The notes: generated by a model from the letters alone, not told the origin. A stretch of 64,000 bases of DNA from Patescibacteria group bacterium (GCA_040384565.1 JAZKJC010000003.1:87195-151194), one strand, 5' to 3'. Numbered from the stretch's first letter, positions 18,940-27,409 are shown. Translations and numbers: made by a program.

Positions 18940-19758
18940 CTAGACCCAAAGCACCGCATAAACGGCCGCCACCCCAAGAAGTAAAACGGCAACAGCAATT
19001 GCTGCTACCCTGAGAAGTTCGCTTCGAATCGCTTTACGCGCCAACGGATTACGTCCAAGGGCAGTAATGGCGCTGGAAACCGCACCGTATATGATCCCAC
19101 CTTCAGCAATCAGCACAATGATGAATATAATTAGCGCAATCAGAACTCGGATTTCACCGACGTCTTTGCCAACTATGGAGCGTCCGAGTTTGGCCAAAGC
19201 TGAATCACTTTCAACTATCCCGATGTTCACGCCTTGTCGGTTAAGATTGATGCTAATCTTGCTAATGTTCGTATCTTTGGCTTGGCCATTATCCTGATAG
19301 GAATAGACTGTTTCCGTAATTGACCCAGTTGCAGCTAGAGCAATGACAGTCGTGGGAACATTTGCCGACAATTTCATCAAAACCCCTTTGAGAGGTGATA
19401 AAACCAAGTTGTCGCCTTGGCTAACTGGACCGTTAATGTCACTCACATACGCCTCGGTCTGACCCTCACTTTCCACCAGGACTTTTGCCACACCCGACCC
19501 AACAGTGACTAAACTCGTATCAATCGTTGTGACAATACCAACCACTCGATCACTGCTGGCTTGTGTTGCACGCTCAACTTTAGCTTGGCTTAAAGGGTCA
19601 AGGCTCAGCGCAACAACCATACCGGCCTGCAAACCCGTATCATCCGTAGTGTAGCCCCGAGCAATAGCCAAAACATGCGCTTGAACCACACTGATAACTG
19701 CTAACGTCAATACTAGAAGTGCTAACGATCTAATTTTTTTGATTTTTGAGCCGTACAT
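18940..19758 (-). CDS. Small envelope protein: signal peptide, a barrel domain related to the giant-protein C-termini, and a C-terminal two-TM hairpin
   Basis: MYGSKIKKIRSLALLVLTLAVISVVQA is the signal. GLQAGMVVAL..RVVGIVTT..AKVLVESEG..VSQGDNLVLSPLKGVLMK aligns by eye to PGDVLTV..LIGVVST..GRVPVKV..IQVGDKLTSSSTPGVAMK of the giant protein. The last ~75 aa form two hydrophobic helices around ALGRNPLARK. Confidence 0.7.
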   Translation of the reverse strand: MYGSKIKKIRSLALLVLTLAVISVVQAHVLAIARGYTTDDTGLQAGMVVALSLDPLSQAKVERATQASSDRVVGIVTTIDTSLVTVGSGVAKVLVESEGQTEAYVSDINGPVSQGDNLVLSPLKGVLMKLSANVPTTVIALAATGSITETVYSYQDNGQAKDTNISKISINLNRQGVNIGIVESDSALAKLGRSIVGKDVGEIRVLIALIIFIIVLIAEGGIIYGAVSSAITALGRNPLARKAIRSELLRVAAIAVAVLLLGVAAVYAVLWV

Positions 19759-19844
19759 ACATTGCCCTAAATTGTTATGTTTAGCATTAGTATGCCCCCG
19801 TTTACCATGTAAGACAAGCTCTTCGTGATAAAGTCGGTGAATTA

Positions 19845-20153
19845 TTATGCGATTTTGGTAATTTTGAGCTGAGTTTTATGCTGACGATGGCCTCGCACGG
19901 TGTGAACACGTTTTTTAGCCTTATAGCGTATAGAAATGACTTTGTCGGCCTGAGTATCGGCATTGATAATTTCGGCCGTAACCTTAGAAGCAGTTACTTC
20001 CGGAGATCCGATGGTGGTTTTATCACCGTCAATGACAAGAAGTGGCACGAAAGACGTGGTTTTATCTGAAGTTTTTAGAAGCTCAACATCAATAGTGTCG
20101 CCTTCAACTACAAGATATTGCTTGGATCCAGTGGTGATAACTGCTTTTTTCAT
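19845..20153 (-). CDS. rplU: 50S ribosomal protein L21
   Basis: MKKAVITTGSKQYLVVEGDTIDVE..RYKAKKRVHTVRGHRQHKTQLKI. Typical L21 length and motifs. Confidence 0.9.
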   Translation of the reverse strand: MKKAVITTGSKQYLVVEGDTIDVELLKTSDKTTSFVPLLVIDGDKTTIGSPEVTASKVTAEIINADTQADKVISIRYKAKKRVHTVRGHRQHKTQLKITKIA

Positions 20154-20317
20154 AGATTATTCCATAAACCTTTTATAAAAATGGTACCGATAGATACTAC
20201 CAGAGATAGCTACTCTTGTAAACACTTCGAATTTTAATTATAAAATTCCCACAGTCCCCGCCAATAGGGCGAAATGTTAGCGAGTGAAGTATGAGGTAAG
20301 TTATACTGGTAATTATA

Positions 20318-20947
20318 ATGCGTGATAGCTCTGTTGATAGACTAATTGAACCTTCGTATGCCAGCTTTTGTTGTGCCGTACTTCTTGCTATAGCTATTAT
20401 GGGCGGAGCTATAATTTCTAACTCGCTGCCAAATGGCAGACTTTATAATCTATTATTTGGACCAACCAGCTCAGCAACGCAAATAGAAACCGCGCAAAAT
20501 ACTGTCAGAGCCATTACCACGACTGTACTTGGAAACCCCACACTCAACAAGACGCTTTTTTTTGGTTTCTGGCTTTTAGTCGGACTAGTTGTTTATACAT
20601 TTGTTCAGGGCTTTAGCTATTACACTGGTGGAATATTTGCATTCTGGGAAAAGATTCATCACTTTCCTTCACGCAAAAAGGTGCTTGGGGAACAGTTTGT
20701 TTTAAGAATCTTGCTACAAGTAATAGGGCTATTGATGCTACTGCTTTTTAGCCTCTTCTTCATAAAAATTCTTCTGCCATTTAGCATTCTCTGCGCCCGA
20801 ATAAGTGCTGGATTATGGGTTAGTTGGGGTAGTTTTGGCTATTTCATTGCCGGGTTGATCACCATGATGCTTAGCTTGCATCTTTACACTATCCTGGTTC
20901 GGTTCGCTTTTCTTAGGAGCCGGCTTTACGGAAGTGCCCTAAGTTAA
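20318..20947 (+). CDS. Hypothetical polytopic membrane protein (about 4-5 TM)
   Basis: ORF track. It has several 20-aa hydrophobic segments and no recognisable motif. Confidence 0.6.
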   Translation: MRDSSVDRLIEPSYASFCCAVLLAIAIMGGAIISNSLPNGRLYNLLFGPTSSATQIETAQNTVRAITTTVLGNPTLNKTLFFGFWLLVGLVVYTFVQGFSYYTGGIFAFWEKIHHFPSRKKVLGEQFVLRILLQVIGLLMLLLFSLFFIKILLPFSILCARISAGLWVSWGSFGYFIAGLITMMLSLHLYTILVRFAFLRSRLYGSALS

Positions 20948-20997
20948 AAACCTGACAAAATCCCCCTGCTAAAGGCAAAGTTGAAGCAGCAATCATG

Positions 20998-21071
20998 ACT
21001 TATCATCTGTTTTATCGTTACAAAGCGAATCTCTAAATGATCTGGTGCGAAGCGAAAAAGAGATGATAAGT
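20998..21071. terminator. Long-loop inverted repeat between convergent genes (possible bidirectional terminator)
   Basis: ACTTATCATCTGTTTT (20998-21013) pairs with AAAAGAGATGATAAGT (21056-21071), 15/16 complementary. Confidence 0.3.
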
Positions 21072-21105
21072 GACTGTGACTTTCAATTTTGGCCGGCAAG
21101 GAGTT

Positions 21106-21708
21106 TTAGGGGCTGGCAGTTGTATGAGCGCCTAACTCCCGTTCAATCATTCCGCTCAATTCCCTTCCCAAGCCATTAAAATATACACTGCCATCTTGGG
21201 AGCACAATATGTTACTTACTTCTTGGGATTCAAGCAAAGCTAGGCCTGCAGCTTTGTTGGCAACCGCGGCGTCCGCGACCATTTCTGCTTGGCCAGCTTC
21301 ATCAACCCCTGCTTCATGGGCCATTCTTTCCGCCTCACTTCTTATCACAGAATCTGGATAGTCTGCAGGGTCGAATGAAACCAAAGAATTTGCAACAACA
21401 CGAGGATCTAGAGACAACTTATATCCAGGCAATGATGCGTCTGGCGTAGGTATAAGCCCTGGTTTGGCATCAGGACCTACGCCAATATTAGCTTCAGTGC
21501 CACGACAGTTTGGTATCCCAGTTTGAGCCGCAAGCATATCCCCAACCTGTTCAGCACCTTCTATTGTGACAGCAACTAGCCCAAATCCTAACAGACTCAC
21601 TACTAATACCTCTGCTAGCCCCGCACTACCAAGTTGTCTTAACCCAAAACTTTGTTCAACAGATTGATTTCTTTCTGGTGATATTTTTCTGGCATTCCAA
21701 AAACTCAT
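21106..21708 (-). CDS. Hypothetical single-pass membrane protein
   Basis: ORF track. One TM (AGLAEVLVVSLLGFGLVAVTI). No recognisable domain. Confidence 0.55.
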   Translation of the reverse strand: MSFWNARKISPERNQSVEQSFGLRQLGSAGLAEVLVVSLLGFGLVAVTIEGAEQVGDMLAAQTGIPNCRGTEANIGVGPDAKPGLIPTPDASLPGYKLSLDPRVVANSLVSFDPADYPDSVIRSEAERMAHEAGVDEAGQAEMVADAAVANKAAGLALLESQEVSNILCSQDGSVYFNGLGRELSGMIERELGAHTTASP

Positions 21709-21797
21709 ACGAGAAATAACCCTTTCAATTAAATGTTAGAGCGATCATAATTTATGCAATTTGATTTGTCAACTGATTTATTTTATTAATTGTTTTC

Positions 21798-24700
21798 TTA
21801 AGATGCTTGCTCTAGTTTTATGTCTAGCATGTAGCTGTCAATTTTTAATGTTGATTGATAAGCTTTGGCGCCTGGATTATCAGAGATGACTAGGGTTTCT
21901 TGGTGGATGGTGTCTCTGTGTTCACTGATGGCCTGTTGCAGGTCATTGTCATCTGTTTGCAGGGCTAGAGCGATACGATCGTCAACCTGCAGGCCAGCTT
22001 GCTTGCGAGCATTTTGGACTTGCCGGACAACTTCCCGCATTAGGCCCTCGCGCTTTAGTTCGGGCGTCAGATTGAAATCAAGCTCAATCTGGTACAATTG
22101 CTGGAAATTGTCTTCTGCCAGGTTTTCAGCAAATGTTTTGTCAGCTTTTGGCTGCTTGTCATCGACTCTTGCTTCTTTTAGGTTGAGTTCCTCTTTTACG
22201 ATATCTATTAACGCTTGGGGGAAGTCTTTGTAGATGCCTTTTATCGTGGCAGATGCCAATGGCTGACGGACCTTTATACCCTTTTCTGCCCGTAAGCTGA
22301 GACCAATGTTTATAACATGACGGATAGCATCCATTTGTTGCAGAACTTCCGTGTCAACTTTTCCGGCTTCTGGCCAGTCCAGTAAGTGCACGGATTCACC
22401 GCCAGTAAGCTTCTGGTACAGCTCTTCGGCCAGAAAAGGCGTAAACGGTGCCATAGCCAGGCTTAAGCGAACCAAAACGTAGTGTAGGGTCTTGTAGGCG
22501 TCGTTTTTGTCTGTGTCATTATCTGATTTCCAGAATCTTTTACGGCTGCGGCGAACATACCAGTTGCTGGCGTCATCTATGAACGGTAAAATATCTGCCA
22601 AAGCATTTGGGATATCATAAGTAGCCATGTGTTTATCGATATGCTGGGTTAACTGATGAACCCGGGATACAATCCATAGATCTAGGGGGTTAGTTAGTTT
22701 ATCACTTGGGTCATTTAATTCACCGTCCCACTCCCAGCCATCAACATCAGCATATAGCGTAAAGAAATCATACATATTCCATACCATCGCTAGCTTACGG
22801 CTGACATCACCCACGTCTTTATCTGTTAGCGAGAAATCTTCTCCGTTCAGTAAAGGCGAGCCAAGTAGCAAAAAGCGCAGCGCGTCAGCCGAGTAAGTAT
22901 CCATGAGTTCATTTGGGTCGGTGTAGTTACCAAAACTCTTGCTCATTTTGCGACCATCACTGCCCGCTAGGGTTCCCGTAACATTGACCTGCCTAAATGA
23001 GTTTTTGCCAAAGAGCCCCACACTCACAGCATGCATATAATAAAACCAGGCTCTCACCTGCCCAACGTACTCCACGATAAAATCACCGGGAAAATTGTGT
23101 TCAAATTTATCGGTATTTTCAAACGGATAGTGATACTGTGCAAACGGCATGGAGCCGCTCTCAAACCAACAATCCAACACTTTATCAATCCGAGAATATT
23201 CAACACCATCTATACTAAATTTGACATCGTCAACCCATGGGCGGTGGTAATCATCCAGTTCCACCCCTGACAATTCTTTTAGCTCGGCGTAGCTGCCGAT
23301 AATTTTTACCAGCTCACGGCCGTTGCTATCCTTGCCTTTCCAAACCGGCATCGCAGTCGCCCAAAACCTGTCCCGGCTTAGGTTCCAGTCCGGCGCGCTT
23401 TGAACAGTTTTTTCAAACCGGCCATGTTTTATGTGCTCCGGAAACCAGCTTATATTTTCATTCATTTCCAGCATTTCTGATCGCTGCCCCTCAATATCCA
23501 TGAACCAGCTGGGGTGTGCCCGGTACATAAGCTTGGTCCCGCAACGGTGACAATGCGGATAACTGTGGGTTATATAATCAATCTTCCAGACTACGCCACG
23601 GGCATGTAGTTCTTTAGCGATTTCCTTATTCGCCTCCCAGACGTTCCGGCCTTTCCACTTGCCATCAGTATAAATACCGTTTTCGTCCGTATTCATCACC
23701 CACGGGAAGCTTTCTTGCTTACTAAGCGTGTAATCTTCTTCACCATAAGCCGGCGATTCATGGGCTATGCCCGTACCGTCTTCTGCGTGTACAAAATCTG
23801 CATGCCAAACCTTAAAGGCTTTGTTGTCCAAGTTTTTGTAAGTATCAAATAAAGGCTCGTAAGAGTTGCCTACTAATTCCTGACCCTTAAATTTGCGCAA
23901 GACTTTGTGTGGTAATGGTTGATGTTTCTCATCTGTTAGTACTTTCTCTACCAAGGCTTCGGCCAATATAAGCTTCCCCCCCATTTCCAAACTTTCCAAG
24001 GAGGCTCCTTGGAAACTAGGGTTTTGTGATGTAATAGGTTTTGTAATTTCAATCTCTACGTAATCCAGATCTTTATTAACTGCTATGGCACTGTTTGAGG
24101 GCAGCGTCCAAGGTGTTGTTGTCCAAGCCAGAAGAAAGGTAGGATTTTCATCTACCGTTTCCAATTTTCCACCCTCCCCCCTTTGCTCATTGCTCATTGC
24201 TCTCTGCTCATTGCCTAATAATAGTTTGAACTTCACGTACACTGACGGGTCGGTTACATCCTGATAACTGTTGTCCATGGCCACCTCGGCCTTACTGATG
24301 GGCGTAGCATCGCGTGTGCAGTACATAAGTACTTTCTCTCCCTCGTAGATTTTGCCCTTCTTGTGCAGCTCCTTAAAGGCCCACCAGACGCTTTCCATGT
24401 AATCCTTGTCCATGGTTTTATAGGCACCCTTAAAATCAACCCAACGCCCAATCCGGTCAATAGTGTCTTCCCAGAGGCTCCCAGTCTGAACCATGTTGTC
24501 CCGGCAGGTTATGATGTATTCTTCCAGGCTAATTTTTGTACCGATGTCACGCTTGTCTTTGATGCCAAGCTTTTTCTCTGTAAACACCTCCGCTGGCAAG
24601 CCATGACAATCCCAGCCCCAACGTCGCTCCACTCGCTTGCCTTTCATAGTCCAGTAACGAGGCACAGCGTCTTTGATGATTGTCACCAGTAACGTGCCCG

Positions 24701-24866
24701 TATGTGGCTCCCCAGTGATAAACGGAGGCCCATCATAAAACACATACGAGTTGTCTTTTGTCCGCATCTCAACAGACTTCTCAAAAGTCTTATGCTCTTT
24801 CCAATACTGTACAAGGTCTTTCTCGTACTCAATTGGTTTCCGCCTAGTCCCCTGCTTGAATTTCAC
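21798..24866 (-). CDS. ileS: Isoleucyl-tRNA synthetase
   Basis: 1,022 aa with a class I aaRS HIGH-like motif (PHTGTLL), KMSKS, WTTTPWTLP and a C-terminal tRNA-binding region. GTG start preceded by AAGGAG. Confidence 0.95.
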   Translation of the reverse strand: MKFKQGTRRKPIEYEKDLVQYWKEHKTFEKSVEMRTKDNSYVFYDGPPFITGEPHTGTLLVTIIKDAVPRYWTMKGKRVERRWGWDCHGLPAEVFTEKKLGIKDKRDIGTKISLEEYIITCRDNMVQTGSLWEDTIDRIGRWVDFKGAYKTMDKDYMESVWWAFKELHKKGKIYEGEKVLMYCTRDATPISKAEVAMDNSYQDVTDPSVYVKFKLLLGNEQRAMSNEQRGEGGKLETVDENPTFLLAWTTTPWTLPSNSAIAVNKDLDYVEIEITKPITSQNPSFQGASLESLEMGGKLILAEALVEKVLTDEKHQPLPHKVLRKFKGQELVGNSYEPLFDTYKNLDNKAFKVWHADFVHAEDGTGIAHESPAYGEEDYTLSKQESFPWVMNTDENGIYTDGKWKGRNVWEANKEIAKELHARGVVWKIDYITHSYPHCHRCGTKLMYRAHPSWFMDIEGQRSEMLEMNENISWFPEHIKHGRFEKTVQSAPDWNLSRDRFWATAMPVWKGKDSNGRELVKIIGSYAELKELSGVELDDYHRPWVDDVKFSIDGVEYSRIDKVLDCWFESGSMPFAQYHYPFENTDKFEHNFPGDFIVEYVGQVRAWFYYMHAVSVGLFGKNSFRQVNVTGTLAGSDGRKMSKSFGNYTDPNELMDTYSADALRFLLLGSPLLNGEDFSLTDKDVGDVSRKLAMVWNMYDFFTLYADVDGWEWDGELNDPSDKLTNPLDLWIVSRVHQLTQHIDKHMATYDIPNALADILPFIDDASNWYVRRSRKRFWKSDNDTDKNDAYKTLHYVLVRLSLAMAPFTPFLAEELYQKLTGGESVHLLDWPEAGKVDTEVLQQMDAIRHVINIGLSLRAEKGIKVRQPLASATIKGIYKDFPQALIDIVKEELNLKEARVDDKQPKADKTFAENLAEDNFQQLYQIELDFNLTPELKREGLMREVVRQVQNARKQAGLQVDDRIALALQTDDNDLQQAISEHRDTIHQETLVISDNPGAKAYQSTLKIDSYMLDIKLEQAS

Positions 24867-24900
24867 AATAACTCCTTGAAAATTAAAATCTGTATTTTCC

Positions 24901-24924
24901 CCATCTGTTAGAGAACAGTTCTCT
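24901..24924 (+). repeat. REP-like palindromic repeat, copy 3 (inside the ileS 5' UTR)
   Basis: CCATCTGTTAGAGAACAGTTCTCT is 24/24 identical to the reverse complement of 3118-3141. Confidence 0.8.
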
Positions 24925-24944
24925 TTCAGGGAGGATTATTACAA

Positions 24945-25135
24945 ATTAAAAATAAAAGCCCCTAATCGTGTAGGAGCTCCAATATTTTGGAACGGTACCA
25001 TCCTACTCATGGGACTTAATTACTGCTATAACGGGCTTACCCGGCACGGTCTAATCAGTTGTTCTACCTTTCTTCGTGCTCCTCATGGCTGATAACCACT
25101 CAAACGGATTAATTAGAATTGTAGCGCACTTATCT
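24945..25135 (-). promoter_or_regulatory. T-box riboswitch leader of ileS
   Basis: Minus strand reads GGAUGGUACCGUUCC (T-box core, 25003-24991). GUUCC can pair with GGAGC as an antiterminator. The competing terminator is AGCUCCUA-cacgau-UAGGGGCU followed by UUUAUUUUU (24978-24948). AUC and AUU triplets sit in the upstream stem region. Confidence 0.7.
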
Positions 25136-25160
25136 GTTAATATCAACGGTCAAGCGTACT

Positions 25161-26288
25161 TTAAGTGTACAATCCGACTAGATTATCAATATCAGCCTTA
25201 ATGACCCGGCTCTCATCAATTTCGCCCACTTTATCTGACAGCATTTCATGAATTAACTGGCTACCTTCTACTTGTCCATCAATCAGCTTTAACTTGGCCA
25301 AGGCAACTGTCCTTGGCATATCGTAAAGTGGCACAACGCCAGCTTCCCGCAACTTAATTGATGTTTCATAGGCATGAAGACTGACTGGTTCACCATTTTC
25401 AGTAGCTGCAAAGAAAGTAATTCCTTTTTCATGCCTGAGCCTATTTACCAGTTCAGACACTGACATGCTGGGATTTTCAGTATTAGCCGTCCCTGAGTGA
25501 TAAAGTGTCAGTAATACAGCACGGACGTCATGGGAGGCAATATACTCCAGAAATTCATCATGGTTTGTACGTACTATGTTAACCGCGTATTCTAAAATAT
25601 CTTCTGTGCCTTGTTCTTTATCAAAAGCAGCTTCCATTTCTGCAATAATTCTATCGTCACGCTCCTTTTGTTTTTGCAGTGCTAACGTATACTCCGGATG
25701 GTCATTTGCTATGTATGTCATCGCAACATCGTTTTCGTAATCAAAAGGTTTTTTCACGACCTTTTCAGCTGGGATAAGTTTACGATGGAAGGCTACGTAT
25801 ACACCCGCAAGTACATCGCTCTCTATACTTTCGAATCCAAATTCTAGATTATCCCAGGCGTCGGTTTCAGGCAAAGATATATCATCATTTGCACCAAGAA
25901 GAATCAGTTTTGCTTTTTTACGTGTTAAAATTTCACGAACTTTTTCATTATCTAGCCGCCGTGCGAGTTGCTCCATGCCGTCTGTTCCAAACGTCACAAT
26001 CACACCTCTTGGATCACGCTCCAGAGCCTCAATAACTTTTTCCTCAATCACATCCCAGTCTTTAGGCTCAACATTTTCGCTCAATCCAGTAAAGGCTACT
26101 TCTTTGTGGCCTATACTAAACCTTTCTTCAAAATAAGGCACTCTTTGACTTATCTCACCTACTAAATCAACTACATGCCCACCTTCGCGGTAGCCTTCTG
26201 TAGTAGCAAAAGACGAGATGGTTCCCCCAGCATATACAACTTCAATCGTTGGGATGGGATTATTTAATGTTTCTTTTTCAACAGGCAT
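25161..26288 (-). CDS. L-asparaginase / GatD-family amidohydrolase
   Basis: VVYAGGTISS (Thr nucleophile motif) and TFGTDGME (HGTDTM-like). Length is 375 aa. Confidence 0.75.
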   Translation of the reverse strand: MPVEKETLNNPIPTIEVVYAGGTISSFATTEGYREGGHVVDLVGEISQRVPYFEERFSIGHKEVAFTGLSENVEPKDWDVIEEKVIEALERDPRGVIVTFGTDGMEQLARRLDNEKVREILTRKKAKLILLGANDDISLPETDAWDNLEFGFESIESDVLAGVYVAFHRKLIPAEKVVKKPFDYENDVAMTYIANDHPEYTLALQKQKERDDRIIAEMEAAFDKEQGTEDILEYAVNIVRTNHDEFLEYIASHDVRAVLLTLYHSGTANTENPSMSVSELVNRLRHEKGITFFAATENGEPVSLHAYETSIKLREAGVVPLYDMPRTVALAKLKLIDGQVEGSQLIHEMLSDKVGEIDESRVIKADIDNLVGLYT

Positions 26289-26344
26289 ATATAAATTGTA
26301 CCATAAAACGGTATATTATGCAATGACGTCCAGGGTTTCTTGAT

Positions 26345-26605
26345 TTAGACCAGGTAGCCAGCGAGTTCGTCTTTTAGGGGGAGATGTTCGCCTTGCCAGT
26401 CTTTTACTAGCTGGCCGTCGTCGCGGATTACTACCAAGGTTGGGTTATGCAATATGTCGTATAGGGTTGCCATGGCGGCACCGTCCCGGGTATTTAGATC
26501 AATCAACTCTATAACTTTACCCTTGAAATGCTCGAAATCACGAGCGTATTCTTCAACTATACGAGAAAATTCAGAATCAGACCGATACAGAATGCAAGCT
26601 TTCAT
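26345..26605 (-). CDS. Small hypothetical protein (86 aa), possibly thioredoxin-fold-like without CxxC
   Basis: Start trimmed to MKACILYRSD.. at 26605. No diagnostic motif. Confidence 0.5.
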   Translation of the reverse strand: MKACILYRSDSEFSRIVEEYARDFEHFKGKVIELIDLNTRDGAAMATLYDILHNPTLVVIRDDGQLVKDWQGEHLPLKDELAGYLV

Positions 26606-26660
26606 TAAAACTAGCTTATAGCTGATAGCTGATAGCGTCAAGCCACTGTGAGCGCAAAAC

Positions 26661-26689
26661 TTGACGTTACGCATATATGTGAGTACAAT
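26661..26689 (+). promoter_or_regulatory. Candidate promoter of the mazE-like gene (TTGACG-17-TACAAT), ATG 9 nt downstream
   Basis: TTGACG at 26661-26666, TACAAT at 26684-26689, ATG at 26699. No SD sequence is present. Confidence 0.45.
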
Positions 26690-26698
26690 GTAATTACT

Positions 26699-26932
26699 AT
26701 GAAAGCATTGATTATTAAGATTGGTAACTCACGTGGTATTCGTATACCCAAAAAGTTTCTGGAAGAAACGAACCTTGATGAGGTGGCTGATATTGCAATA
26801 GAAAAAGGCGCGTTGGTTATCCGCCCTGTCAAAAAGAAAGCCCTGGATGAGGGAGTGTTACTGAGCCGCTCCGCACTGGCTAAGGAATGGGATAGCCCCG
26901 AGGAAGACGCGGCGTGGGTCAAGTACCAGTGA
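26699..26932 (+). CDS. mazE: AbrB/SpoVT-fold antitoxin (MazE-like)
   Basis: MKALIIKIGNSRGIRIPKKFLEETNL.. is the typical looped-hinge-helix N-terminus. It lies upstream of a PemK/MazF-like gene. Confidence 0.8.
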   Translation: MKALIIKIGNSRGIRIPKKFLEETNLDEVADIAIEKGALVIRPVKKKALDEGVLLSRSALAKEWDSPEEDAAWVKYQ

Positions 26933-27094
26933 AACCACTTCATATCTCCCCTCCAGCCTCAAGCTACCCTGACGGCAGCCTGTACCAGTTTTGCTCGTCA
27001 ACGTATCAGCAGATACGCCTCCTCCCAAAAACTACCACAGGCTACTCGCCAGGATGGCTTTCACTTAACAGACGAAAGATATGAAGTGGTTTCA
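26930..27094 (+). promoter_or_regulatory. 165-nt spacer element between antitoxin and toxin, bounded by perfect 18-bp inverted repeats
   Basis: TGAAACCACTTCATATCT (26930-26947, includes the mazE stop) versus AGATATGAAGTGGTTTCA (27077-27094, includes the mazF GTG at 27086). A nested imperfect IR (CCTGACGGCAGCCTGT / ACAGGCTACTCGCCAGG) lies inside. Confidence 0.6.
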
Positions 27095-27409
27095 GTAGGA
27101 ACGGTTGTACTTATCAACTTCCCTTATGCCGATCTGAAGAGGTATAAAAAACGGCCTGCTGTCGTGGTGGCCGATAGTTCGCTTGATACTGTTATTTTGT
27201 GTCAAATAACAAGCCGTAAGCTACCCGATGTGCCGGCCATCCCTATAACCAAAAACGATTTTGCAAGTGGTGGGCTGCCTTTTACCAGCTACGTCCGTCC
27301 GGATAAGTTGTTCACGGTCAACGCTGATATGGCAAAGTCCAGTCAACTTGGAGTTTTGACAGACCAAAAACTAAATGAATTAAAGCTAGCTATCAAAAAA
27401 CTGTTTTAG
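27086..27409 (+). CDS. mazF: PemK/MazF-family endoribonuclease toxin
   Basis: VSVGTVVLINFPYADLKRYKKRPAVVVADS..ITS.. has the MazF/PemK N-terminal signature. Length is 107 aa with a GTG start. Confidence 0.8.
   Translation: MVSVGTVVLINFPYADLKRYKKRPAVVVADSSLDTVILCQITSRKLPDVPAIPITKNDFASGGLPFTSYVRPDKLFTVNADMAKSSQLGVLTDQKLNELKLAIKKLF

Noticed and set aside
26930-26932. Alternative genetic code (UGA recoding, as in some CPR lineages)
   Set aside because: TGA terminates the mazE-like gene at the expected length, and all housekeeping genes are full length under the standard code with no in-frame TGA.
26638-26943. 101-aa minus-strand ORF starting MKWFH (and the 5-codon plus-strand mini-ORF MKWFQ at 27081-27098)
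   Set aside because: It is antisense to the mazE-like gene. Its start is simply the mirror image of the 18-bp inverted repeat, and it has no supporting motif.
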